This document shows, piece after piece, positions 52,925 through 64,000 of a stretch of 64,000 bases of DNA. Location of the stretch: the NCBI RefSeq assembly GCF_963921235.1, contig NC_086108.1:87422001-87486000 (forward strand). The letters run 5' to 3'. The DNA comes from Mobula hypostoma. Taxonomy: Eukaryota. Each line of letters begins with the position of its first letter. Within the stretch, counting starts at the first letter, position 1. Below the pieces are notes generated by a model that was not told the origin of the DNA, did no database searches, and saw only the letters and a program-made list of their open reading frames with translations. The position numbers were made by a program, and so were the translations under genes.

Positions 52925-53525
52925 CATCCTTGCCCCTTTTATTAATATAGTTATGCAATATTAAGTATTTGTCTAAATTCGATTTTGGGGCAGGTTACCT
53001 TCTTTTTTGTCGAGAGACCTTTTCCTTACGCCACCATTCCCTTGATGACCCGGAAGTCCACTGCTGCTCTGGAACTTCAAGTGGAATAAACCAGACAAGG
53101 AGAGCAGATTTACTTTCCTGAAATATGTTAGCAAAGCTGATCTATTTTAACAATCTGGTGGTCTCATGGCCACTATTATTTTTTAATTCTATATACAAGA
53201 TCTTTTTAATCAACTGAATTAAAATTTGCCTGTTTGTTGTGGGATTAGAATTTGCACCCCCCCCCATTCATTAATCCTGACCTCTGAATTTCTAGTCTAT
53301 TAACATAATCAGTATGCATAACATTCCTCTTATTTTTATAAGCATTATTTAAAACTACTTCTCACTTTTACATTCCAGTCACATAGCTCATAACATCGAT
53401 CGCTGTCTGAATTCCATGCAGAGGTCTCCAAGAGAATTACATTCTTCATCCCACGTACAACATTTTCAGTTAAAATTCCCGAAGGATAGATTACTCGTCT
53501 AATATATTGTGTCATCTTACATCAG

Positions 53526-53660
53526 GACACATCCAAGTCGCACAGGTCCCCAGCCGGAATGAACCAGATAGTCCTGGAGAGATCAACTATCAATACATCT
53601 TCAACCTGCTGGAAAAATTAGGATACGAAGGTTATATAGGTTGCGAGTATACTCCAAAAG
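53526..53660 (+). CDS. hyi: hyi exon 7 (135 nt)
   Basis: catcag|(G)[44 protein letters not shown]|gtaggt, with the conserved GCEY glutamate. Confidence 0.96.
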
Positions 53661-54213
53661 GTAGGTTTCCTGGAAAACTATATCTTCGTTACAAACATTT
53701 TTGTACAAACATAAAACACCAAATATATTAGCAACCTTATAATTATACAGCACATGCCAATTGCTAGCTTGTTGAAGGACTATACAATTACTTTTCCTCG
53801 TTATTCAGTAGTTCTTACCTTTTCAAGAAATTTTCATTTTCTTTCTGAAAGCTACAAAGAATCACCAGTGTTTCATAAGACCAATATTTAGGAGTCATTC
53901 GGCCCATCGAGTCTGTTCTGCCATTCAATAACACTGAGGTTTTTTCTAACCCCATTCTCCTGCCTTTTATCCTTTACTAATCAAAAACTTATCAATCTCT
54001 GCCTTACACTTTACACAATTCTATCAGCCCACTAGAATTGGCCGAATAAAAAAATAATAAATCAACCTGTCACTTCTGGTTTTTCTTTGTGCCAGTCACC
54101 TCTCAGGGCATCAAATTTGTATACTAGAACAATAGAGACCAAACAAGAGGTTTTACAGTAGCATTATTATTAGAAAAGGTAGATTTATATTTATTTCTCT
54201 TTATTTAAAACAG

Positions 54214-54266
54214 GCAACACAGTAGATGGTCTTGGATGGTTGAAGACCCAGTGGACAGTAAATTGA
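54214..54266 (+). CDS. hyi: hyi exon 8, terminal coding part
   Basis: aaacag|(G)NTVDGLGWLKTQWTVN*; GLGWL is the typical HYI C-terminal motif; TGA at 54264-54266. Confidence 0.93.
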
Positions 54267-54659
54267 TGGGTCTTCCTGAATGTTATCGATGGGGGTGAAG
54301 AATTAATGGTTAACCTTCTCGAATAGGTTTAATTTGTTTGCAATCATTTTGTAATTCATCCGAATATACAGCTGACAACAGCAAGTTCATTTGAGGAATT
54401 GTTCACTAAGTAATCTTGAAAACGGCAAAATGAGCTGGAATTCATCTGGACATAGAACAAAAATGGCAGCCTGGATCATCAGACAGGGATCGTATGAAAT
54501 CTAGCTTAATCAGAAAAAGTTATACGGGAAGATTTTGTGATTATTATTGATAATCAAATGAATCTTTGCAGTATTCATTTCCCTTCGTCTGGCTGAGAAG
54601 CTCTTCTACCATTTCATTCCCAACCTGAAAGGACAGTGCAGAATGTGTCCATTATAAGA

Positions 54660-54850
54660 GGTATCACAGTAGCATAGCAGCATAGTGCCAGCGATGCATG
54701 TTCAATTCTGCCGCTGTCTGTAAGGAACATGTATGTTCTCCCTGTGACTGCGTGGTGCTCCAGATTTCTAATACGTGCCAAAGTTGTACAGATTTGTAGG
54801 TTAATTGGGCACATGGGATTAACTAGACCATACGGGCTGTTCTGTATCTC
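54660..54850 (+). mobile_element. tRNA-derived SINE in the probable hyi 3' UTR
   Basis: cagtagcatag...gttcaattctgccgctgtctgtaagga; matches the copies at 27753 and 36611. Confidence 0.6.
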
Positions 54851-54996
54851 CAAATAATTTTTTTTAAATCCTGAATGATTGGGAATATGTAATGAATGTG
54901 TTTTTTAAAGAAAGAATGAATCTTTCGGCCACGGTACAATTTTCTGATTGTTTCACGATGCTGTAACGAACAAGGAATCTCTCCTAATACGCCATA

Positions 54997-55101
54997 AATA
55001 AAAATTTCCCAGTATGTCAGTCTTGATTCTTCTAATCTCTCATTTTACCTAAGGATAGTTAATTATTACACACATAAATCCTCTCTTTTTATTCAAATAA
55101 A
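54997..55101 (+). promoter_or_regulatory. Candidate hyi polyadenylation signals
   Basis: First AATAAA hexamers seen after the stop: 54997-55002 and 55096-55101. Confidence 0.4.
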
Positions 55102-56102
55102 CTGTTTTATGATCATTGCCTCAGCAGTTAAAAAGCTTTATTCATACCCTGACTTAACAGAATCACATTCAGCTCTGTTGTTCACCCTTCATTATTGAGA
55201 ACCCCAAAATCATTCCTGTTGCTGTTCCCTGAACACTCATTGACATATTGATAACATTTTAAAAGGAAGAAATCAAAACTTGCACATCATTCCAAATCTG
55301 AGTTCTACACCTATAGGAATTTAGAATAACTCTAGTCATATACCACCAAATAGAGTTTCCATATCTGGAGTTTGTTAGTGATAATTTCTTAACAATTACA
55401 AATTTTCTTAACGTTCAAACTCTTTTCCTTACTCACCTTTAATCTGAGACAAGAGGAATACCATTTCTCCTGGATAGCTCAAAGCACATACACAGAGTAC
55501 TGCACAGAAACGTGTCCTTCAGCCCATGATGCTGTGCTTAACTAATTAAGCAAATGAAACATAATTAAATGACTCCGTCTGCCTGCACATGGCTCATATC
55601 CCTTCATCTTTGCATATTCATGTGCTTATCTAAGAGCTTCTTAAATGCCAATGTTCAATCTAAATGCAGTTCCATCCTTCGCAATTCAATTTTGTTTTTC
55701 TTTACAAACGTCTCCCTTCAAAATGCACATATTTGTGATTTCTTCATTAAAATCCACCTATAGTTCCGGGGCATATATTTTAATTGGTTTGGGTCTCTGA
55801 ACACTGATTATCTACCTAAGGTTTATTACCTAGCCACTTAGCTTGAAATCATCACTCACACTGATGTACAAACATTCCTCCAGGTTACTTATGAATTGTG
55901 CCTACAGCAGGGTGCCAGCATAGATCTGTATGCTGTGTTGTTGCTCACCTTCATTGAAGCAGAGATATTTTCTTTTATCACCACCTTCACATTGCCAAGT
56001 TAATGTACAATGCAGCTGGCTCTGCCACTGTTTCCACAAACTAAATAGGAATTAAGCAGTTCAGGTTTTAGTCTTTTGAGTAATGAGAAAATTTTCCATT
56101 TT

Positions 56103-56520
56103 AGATCATAAGACATAGGGAGCAGAATTAGGTCATTTGGCCGATCGATATTGTTCCACCATTTCTTTATAGCTGATTTAATATCCTCTATCCCATTCTC
56201 CTGCCTTCTATGCATCACCTTTGACATTCTTACTAATTTAGAACTTATCAAACTCAATGATTTGGCCTCCACAACCATCTGTGCTTATGAATTCCAAAGA
56301 TTCACCCCCTCTGGCTAAAATTACTTTTCATCTCTGTTCTAAATGGATGTCCCTCTATTCTGAGGCTGTGCTCTTTGATCTTAAAATTATACACTGTAGG
56401 AAACATCTCTCCACATCCATTCTATCTAGGCCTTTCAATGTTTGATAGGTTTTAATGAGAGCCCTCTCATTCTTCTAAACACCAACAAGTACAAGGCCAG
56501 AGCCATAAAAAGCTCCTCAT
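56103..56520 (-). mobile_element. CR1 3' fragment
   Basis: cataagacatagg tail; same subfamily as 15518-16160. Confidence 0.85.
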
Positions 56521-57638
56521 GAATTATTGTTTAAAATATATGGTGTTTATTCCTTATAAGCAATAACTGGGCTGATTTCCTTCCTCATTTTAGAATAGTA
56601 AAGCTAAGTTCATGGACTCCTCGTGAAAGCCATTAACCAATTCATCGAAGGACTATTTAATTAAAAATGTAAAAACAATGGACATTTTAGAAAGTAGATA
56701 ATAGGAGAATATGAATTAGGAAGATAGCAATTATCAGTTTATCTGTGCTGTGAGTATAAACACATACAGTAGATGTTTAGAGCCTCAGTTGCTTTGGTGG
56801 TATTAACAGAGCATCCTATTTGAAAGCCAGCCATCCTCAAACTAAACTGCATTTAGCGCAAGAATATTTCAAGACTATTCCATGTAGTAGCTCACTTCTA
56901 AAGGTACATTCATAGCTGCTCAGTGGCCAGTTTATTAGGTACCACCGAATAAAGTGACCACAGGTGTGAAACCCATTGTGATCTTCTGCTGCTGGAGCCC
57001 ATGCACTTCAAGATTCAACGTGTTGTGTATTTTCTGCCCACCACTGTTGAACAGCATGGTGATTTGAGTAACTGTCAACTTGAACTAATCTGGCCATTCT
57101 CCTCTGACTTCTCTACTTTAACAAGGCATTTTCACCCGCAGTGCTGCGCTAACTGTAAGTTTTTTGCAGTATTCTCTGTAAACTCTCAAGACTGTTGTAT
57201 GTGAAAATCCCCAGGGGATCAGCAGTTTCTGAGATACTTAAACCACCCTGTCTGGCACCAACAACCATTCCACAATTAAAGTCACTTAGAGTCATAGAGT
57301 ACTATAGAACAGCAACTGGACCTTCAGCCCATTCATGCCAAACTATTCATACCCCTCGTCCCATTGACATACAACCAAAAAAGGGTACTCCATATCCTTC
57401 CCATCCAGGTACCTATCCAAATTTCTCTTAAATGTTAAAATCGAATCCACATCCACCACTGCTGCTGGCAGCCTTTCACACTCTCACCACTCCTAGTGAA
57501 GAAGTTACCCCTCATGTTCCCTTTAAACATTTCACCTTTCACCCTTAACCCATGACCTCTAGGTTTAGTTTCAGTGGAAAAAGCCTGCTTGCATTTATCC
57601 TATCTATACCCCTAATAATTTTTTAAATTAATTGCATA

Positions 57639-58332
57639 TGTAGCCCCCCCTGGCCAGCCTCAGGGTCGCTCAGCTCACTGTCGTCTAGGGAAACAGCCCT
57701 CGGCCCCGCCAAACTGGGTAATAGTTTGAGTGGATGCTGTGTGATGTACTTCACCCCGCCCAAATAACAGACAATACACCAGATACGATTAAATGATTTA
57801 CAGTTTATAGATATTACTGGAACTATATAATTAATAGAGAATAAAATATAAAGGAAAATAAAAGGCGCCACACTTATCAAAGTTCAACCTCTTCGTGCAC
57901 ATCCAGTTGGAGCTCTGGACCCTTCTTCTTCACCCTGCGACCCCTCAGACCACCTTGACCGGCCGCCTGGGACTAACGACGGTGGTCGACCAGACGCTCC
58001 ACACGAGTTCATCTCTGTCTCCTCTCCTCGCCGAACGCCCCGCTTGGGGTCCAACCCCGTTAGCGGACTCACAGCACCTGGTCCATCCTCTGTCTCTCTC
58101 TCCCGCCTTCTCCCCAAAACCCCGCGCATACAATATCTTCAGATACACCAAAAACATAACAATTATCCCAACTGGTTCATAACATCTTATCACAGTCTAA
58201 CCCAAAACAAGCTGCTAGCGCAAGAACCTTCTCGGCGCTTAACGTAACAAAGAAGCATTCCCAAGTATAACATGACAAAGAAGCCATTTTAATTAGCCTA
58301 CACAGTAACATAAAAGACAAAACCCCCTTACA
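57639..58332. mobile_element. Solo LTR, 694 bp
   Basis: TGTAG...TTACA termini; exact 4-bp TSD CATA at 57635-57638 and 58333-58336; CpG-rich. Confidence 0.88.
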
Positions 58333-58480
58333 CATAGTTTTTTTCTCATTTCTTTTTGTATTTGCACAGTTTGTTATCTTTTGCAGATTGGTGTGGTCTT
58401 TCATTGATTCTATTACTGTTATTGGATTTATTGAGTATGCCCACAAGATAATGAATCTCATAGTTGTAGATGTTGGCGTA

Positions 58481-59921
58481 AATGTTTCTACAAAACATTG
58501 TGCATCATGTTAAATCAAAAGACAAAACCTGTCAACAATATATTAAAAATTAAAAATCAAAATTGTGAGGCTGAAGAAGTATTCATCCCCTTTGTAATTA
58601 CTATGCTAACTTTCCCCAGGTGCAATATACTGTTGCCTTACCAACTCACCCAATTTATTAATATAGAAAATTGGAGGATCACCTGTTTTCAATGAATTTA
58701 TAAAAATGCATAGCCCCTCTCTCTGTAAGGTCCAACAGAATAGTAGATTTTCAACAGATGAAACCAATATGAAGACAAAAGAGCATTCTAGACAAGTGAG
58801 GGAAATGAGTCTGGGGAAGGGTACAAGACCATCTCAAAGGCACTGAACATACCTCAACCATGCTGCCTGGATTAGCCCCACGCCCCCCAAACTTAGTTGT
58901 CAGAAAAGAATGGCATTTGTAAGAGAGGCTACTGTGATGCCAGTTGTCACACTGAGTGAGCTGCAGAAGTCAGTGTCTGCCATTAGAGATGAAGTTCATA
59001 GCTCCACAATCTCTAAGGCCTTGGACAAAAAGGGTATTTGTGGAAGAGTGGCAAGGAAGAAACTCTGGCAATAAAAACAAAACATATCCTTGCCCATAAA
59101 GACTTTGCAAAGCATCACTTACAAGATACTTAAAGATGTGGAAGAAGGTCTTGTAGTCGGATGAGACCGAAGTTGAACTTGTTGGCCTCAACACTAAGCG
59201 GTATGTGTGGCATAAATCTAAAACCATGCTTCAGCGAAGGAACACCACCCCTATCGTAAAGTATGGTGGAGCCAGTTTTATGCTATGCAGATGCTTTTCC
59301 GCAGCAGGGACTGACAATCTGGTCAGGATTGATGGGAAGATGAATGCTGCTAAATACTGTACTGAGAAATCCTGGATAAAAACCTGCTAGCATCTACCAG
59401 AAAGCTTACACTTGGGAGGAAGTTTATCTTTCAGGAAGACAACGACCCAAAGCACATTGCCAGAGCAACCACTGAGTGGCTTCAAATGAAGAAAATTGAT
59501 GTCCTTGAGTGGCCCAGTTAGAGTCCTGACCTTAACCCAATCGAACATCTCTGGCAAGACCTCAAGAAAGTTGTCTACCTCCACTCCCAACTAACGTGGC
59601 ACAGCTTGAGCAATTTTCAAGGAGGAATGGGTAAATCTTGCTCCATCACACTGTGCAAAGCTAATTGAGACTCATCCAAAAAGACTACTGGCTATAATAA
59701 CTGCGAGATGTAGTTCAACTAACTACTGAGCAAAGGAGATGAATACTTTTGAACTGCTGATATTTCAGTTTTTGATGATTCACAATTTTCCATGTTTTGG
59801 GGGCTCTACTGTGGAAAAAGGAGCATGTGATTGACAAATAAAAATTCTCAGTTAAATTGATCAAAAATCCTAGTAATAAATGAACAAAGGGTTGGGGGCT
59901 GCATACTTTTACAAGGTATTG
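58481..59921 (+). mobile_element. Decayed Tc1-family DNA transposon; transposase ~58769-59729
   Basis: MKTKEHS start; [38 protein letters not shown]. Right TIR ...ACAAGGTATTG|TA; inner repeats at ~58575 and ~59735; outer left TIR missing. Confidence 0.92.
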
Positions 59922-61636
59922 TATATGTATTTTGATAATAAATTTACTTTGAATTTTGAATATTCTCTGCTCTTTCAGTCTTATTGATAACCTTCCTGTA
60001 ATAGGTGACTAGACTGGAGATAATACTCCAAATTAGACCTCACCAACATCGTATATAACTTCAAAATGACATTCCAACTCCTGCACTCAGTACTTTGATT
60101 TATGAAGCCCAATGTGCCGTAACCTCTCTTTACAACCCTAACTGCCCATGGCACCACTTTCAAGAAATTAATTATGAATCTGTATTCCCAACTCCCTCTG
60201 TTCTACCACACTCATCAGCTCACTATGTATGTCCTCCACTGGTTGGTTCTCCCAAAGTGCAACATGTCAGACTTGTCTGCACTAAATTCCATCTGCCATT
60301 TTCAACCCAATTTTTCATCTGTTCCAGGTCTTGCTAAAAGCTTTGATAACCTTTCTCACTGCCCAGTACGCCCCCAATCTTGGTGTCATCTGCAAATTTG
60401 CTGATCCAGTTTACTACGTTATCATCAAAATTGTTGATGTAGATGCGAAGCAATAATGGACCCAGCACTGATCCCTGCAGCACATCACTACTCACAGGCC
60501 TCCAGTCAGAGAGGCAACCCTCTACTACCACTCTCTAACTTCCTTCGTGAAGCCAATGTCTAATCCGATTTACTAGCTCATCCTGAGTGCCAAGTGACTG
60601 AATCTTCTTGACCAACCTCCTATGGGGGACTGTGTCAAAGGCCTTGCTGAAGTGCCTTGCCTTCATCAACATTCCTGGTAACTTTCTCAAAAGTTACGCA
60701 TAATTGACTATAAAATTGGTTAAGTGTGACCTACCACGCAAAAAGCCATATTGACTATTCCTAATCAATCCATGTCTATCCAAATACTTATATATCTGGT
60801 CACTTAAAATACCTTCCAATAACTTACACACTACTGATGCCAGGCGCACTGGCCTATAATTTCCCTGCTAGTTCTTAGCTCCTTTTCAACCACAGAACAA
60901 TTTTAACTATCCTCCAGTACCTTACACGTTGCTCAGCATGTTTTAAATATCTCTGCTAGGACCCCTGCAATTTTTGCATAGCCTCCCACAAAATCCAAGA
61001 GAACATCATGTCAGCCCTATGGATTTATCCACCCTAATTAGCCTCAAGACGGCAAATACCTCCTCCTCTGTAATCTGTATATGGCCCTTGACCTCACTGC
61101 TGTTTTGCCTCATTTCTATGGACTCTGTACATCTCCCGAATAAATACAGATGCAAAAATCCATTTAAGATCATCCCGATCACTTTCAGCTCCATGGATAA
61201 ATGGCTACTCTGATGATCAAGAGGACTGATATTGTCCCTTGCTGTCCTTTTGCTCTTAATATATCTGTATCCTCGGAATTCTCTTGCACTTTGACTGCTA
61301 CAGCAACTTGATGCCTTCTTTTAGAGTCACAGAGATATTGAAAAGTACAGCACAGAAACTGGCCCTTTGGACCATCTTGTCTGTGCTAAACCATTTAAAT
61401 TGCGTTCTCCCATTGACCTGCATTGGGACCATAATCCTTAATATGCCTATCATCCAAATCCTTATGCAAACTTCTTTTAAATGTTGAAATCGAGCTTGCA
61501 GGCACCACTTGTGCTGGCAGCTTGTTCCACACTCTCACAACCCTCTGAGTGAAGAAGTTTGCCCTCATGTTCCCCTTAAACTTTCACCTTTCACCCATAA
61601 CCTCTGGTTGTAGTCCCACCCAACATCAGTGGAAAA

Positions 61637-61857
61637 TCGCAAACATGAGGAAATCTGCAGATGCTGGAAATTCAAGCAACACACACAAAATGCTGATGGA
61701 ACACAGCAGGCCAGGCAGCATCTGTTGGAAGAGGTACAGTCAACGTTTCGGGCTGACGACATCCTGACGAAGGGTCTCAGCCCGAAACGTCGACCATACC
61801 TCTTCCAATAGATGCTGCCTGGCCTGCTGCATTCCACCCGCATTTTGTGTGTGTTGC
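61637..61857. mobile_element. Penelope pseudo-LTR fold-back insertion inside a CR1
   Basis: Inverted arms gcaacacacacaaaatgc...gtttcgggctga and tcagcccgaaac...cattttgtgtgtgttgc; TSD TCAGTGGAAAA at 61626-61636 and 61858-61868. Confidence 0.9.
61761..61795 (+). ncRNA. Minimal type-I hammerhead ribozyme motif (Penelope-type)
   Basis: CTGACGA (61764-61770), A, stem II GGG-tctcag-CCC, GAAAC-GTC; predicted cut after 61791. Stem III is a loopless palindrome (ACGT); stem I is truncated. Confidence 0.7.
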
Positions 61858-62269
61858 TCAGTGGAAAAAGCTTGCATGCATTTACCCGATCTATAATTCT
61901 GTATACCTCTACCAAATCTCCCCTCAATCTTCTACATTCCAAGGAATAAAGTCCTAAATAATTCAAAGTTTCCTTATAACTCAGGTACCCAGACCAGCAA
62001 CATCCTTGTAAATTTTCTCAGTACTCTTTCAACTTTGTTTACGTTTACATCCTGTAGGTAGGTGACCAAAACTGCACACGATACTCCAAATTAGGTCTCA
62101 CCAATGTCTTATATAACTTACATGTAACGTCCTATGTCCTGCACTCAGTACTTTGATTTGTGAAGGACAATGTGCCAAAAGCTTTCTTTATGACCATATC
62201 TACCTGTGACGTTCGACAATCAATGTCAGGCATGCATAAAAAGAGCTACCTTTCAATCGGGACAGCGAT

Positions 62270-64000
62270 CGAGATTTAAAAGGCAGAGCTTCACGGCAGT
62301 TTCTCTGAGTTGAGGAGCAACCAATCAGGAAGAGGGATTAATTAGAAAGGGCCAGTAGAAATAACTCAAGTGCCAGCAGAGAGGCCATTCTGTTGAGCGT
62401 ACCAGTGTTTGGAGTGGCTTTGGCTCATCAGGTTTTGGCAAGGTAAAGTATTTGGTAAGTTTCTCTTCTTCTGTTCTTACTTGCTAGGGCACAGTAGTTT
62501 ACTGAGAATTGCTCCTGGGGCAGTGTTTTGTTCTGTGTGTGGGATGTGGAAAGTCTAGGAGACCTCCAGTCACCCAGATTCACATCTGCACCAGGTGTGC
62601 TGAGCTGAGAGAATGTATTATGGAGGTGGAGCTGCGACTCGATGACCTTTGACTTATAGTGGAGAATGAGGAGGTGGTAGACAGGAGCAGCCGAGAGGTA
62701 GTCCTCCTAGATTGCAGGAGACAGGTAACTGGGTGACAGTCAGGAGAAGGCGGGCAAATGTGCAGCCAGTACAGAGTACACCTGAGTATTCCCCTCAATA
62801 ATAAGTATACAACTTTAGATGCTGTTGAGGGGGATGACCAGCCAGAGGGGAGCCACAGTGACTGGGTCTCTGGCACTGAGTCTGGTGCTGTGGCTCAATA
62901 CAGCGGAGAGGTGAAGATGACTGCAGTGTTGACAGAAAATTTCATAGAAACAAGATTCTGTGGGTGCCATAGAGGCACCTGGGTAGTATATTGTATACCA
63001 GGTGCCAGTGTCTGATTGTCTCGGATCGGGTCCATGGCATTCCCAAGCAGGAGGGTGAGCAGCCAGAAGTCTTGGTGCATATCGGCACCAGTGACATAAG
63101 TAGACAAGGTGAGGAGGTCCTGAAGAGAGATTTTAGGAAGTTAGGTAGAAAGCTGAGAAACAAAACCTTCAGGGTAGTAATCTCTGGATTTCTGACTGTG
63201 TCAGTGAGGGAAGAAGAAGAAGATGATCTGGCAAATGAATGTTTGGCTGAGGAACTGGAGCAGGGGGCAAGGGTTCAGACTTATGGATCTTTGGGATCTC
63301 ATCTGGGGAAGATACGATCTGTACAAAAGGGACAGGATACACCAGAACCAGGGGTGTTCCAAAATCCATGCAAGCAAGATGGTTAGAGTTGTTCAAGAGG
63401 GTTTAAATTTATTTGGCAGGGGGGATGGGAATCTGAGTGATAGTGCTGAAGATGATGTCGTTGGTTTACAGGGACAATATGTAGTGAGGGAAAAACTGCA
63501 GTCAACAGGATGAGTTGCAAAGTTAACTTTACTATGGAAGACACCAGTAGTCTGCCAGCTGTTGAAGGGTGCAGGGGTAGAAAAGAAAGTGCAGTTACTA
63601 TTACAAAGGAGAAAGTGCTGCTGAAAGATCTAAAGGCGCATAAGTCATCCAGACCAGATGAATTGTACCGTAGGGTTCTGAAAGAAGTGACGGTAGAGAT
63701 TGCAGAGGCATTAGTAATGATCTTTCGAAAATCATTGGTCAGTGTCACGGTTCCAGAGGACTGGAAATTGTAGATGTCGCTCTACTCTTTAAGAAAGGAA
63801 ATTATAGATCACAAGTAAGAGAAAATCTGCAGATGCTTGGATTCCAAGCAACACACAAAATTATAGGGCCGAGACCCTGCAGCGGGACTGCATTTTAGAT
63901 CAGTTAGACTAACCTCAGTGGTTGGGAAGATGTTGGAGTCAATTGTTAAGGATGAGGTTAAGGAGTACTTGGTGACACAGGACAAGATAGGACAAAGTCA
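62270..64000 (+). mobile_element. CR1 with ORF1 (zinc finger and SGNH-esterase relic) joined to an ORF2 fragment
   Basis: CSVCGMW..HICTRC near 62520-62600; PEVLVHIGTSDI (62991-63386); HKSSRPDELYRRVLKEV (63510-63773). Small Penelope piece at 63812-63895 with TSD TAGATCA. Confidence 0.85.

Larger units (their letters stand above)
47237..53059 (-). mobile_element. Full-length, lightly mutated L1-clade LINE (5.8 kb) in hyi intron 6
   Basis: 15-bp TSD ACTGCTGCTCTGGAA at 47222-47236 and 53060-53074; poly(A) tail (T-run at ~47237-47250); 5' end GGACTTCCGG; ORF1 and ORF2 present. Confidence 0.97.
59975..62210 (-). mobile_element. CR1 fragments (at least two copies)
   Basis: SDWRPVSSDVLQGSVLGP..KFADDTK (60334-60531); LGLYSLECRRLRGDL (61565-61966). 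Confidence 0.88.

Noticed and set aside
54267..64000. szt2 3' exons, expected from the tail-to-tail HYI/SZT2 arrangement in mammals
   Set aside because: No minus-strand translation resembled the SZT2 C-terminus as I recall it; the gene may lie outside the window.

Overview
Repeat-rich vertebrate genomic DNA, most likely from a cartilaginous fish (ray/shark-type CR1, Penelope, Rex1-Babar, RTE and V-SINE content); the taxon is inferred. It holds one clear host gene, hyi (putative hydroxypyruvate isomerase), on the + strand. I reconstructed it by hand as 8 coding exons from 30058 to 54266 (816 nt, 271 aa, all splice phases consistent), with a GC-AG intron 6. Most of the rest is transposable elements: many CR1 fragments, two decayed Gypsy elements (one with three nested insertions), two solo LTRs, two RTE copies, a near-intact 5.8-kb L1-clade element in hyi intron 6, a Tc1 relic, hAT/Tc1 MITEs, and Penelope-like elements carrying minimal hammerhead-ribozyme motifs. 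Best leads: (i) tiny Penelope-derived fold-back insertions whose breakpoints cluster at the hammerhead; (ii) a chain of short, frame-compatible minus-strand exon candidates interleaved with the 3' end of hyi; (iii) the weakly defined hyi exon 6 with its GC donor. No database searches were run, so family names rest on motif recognition and many repeat boundaries are approximate.
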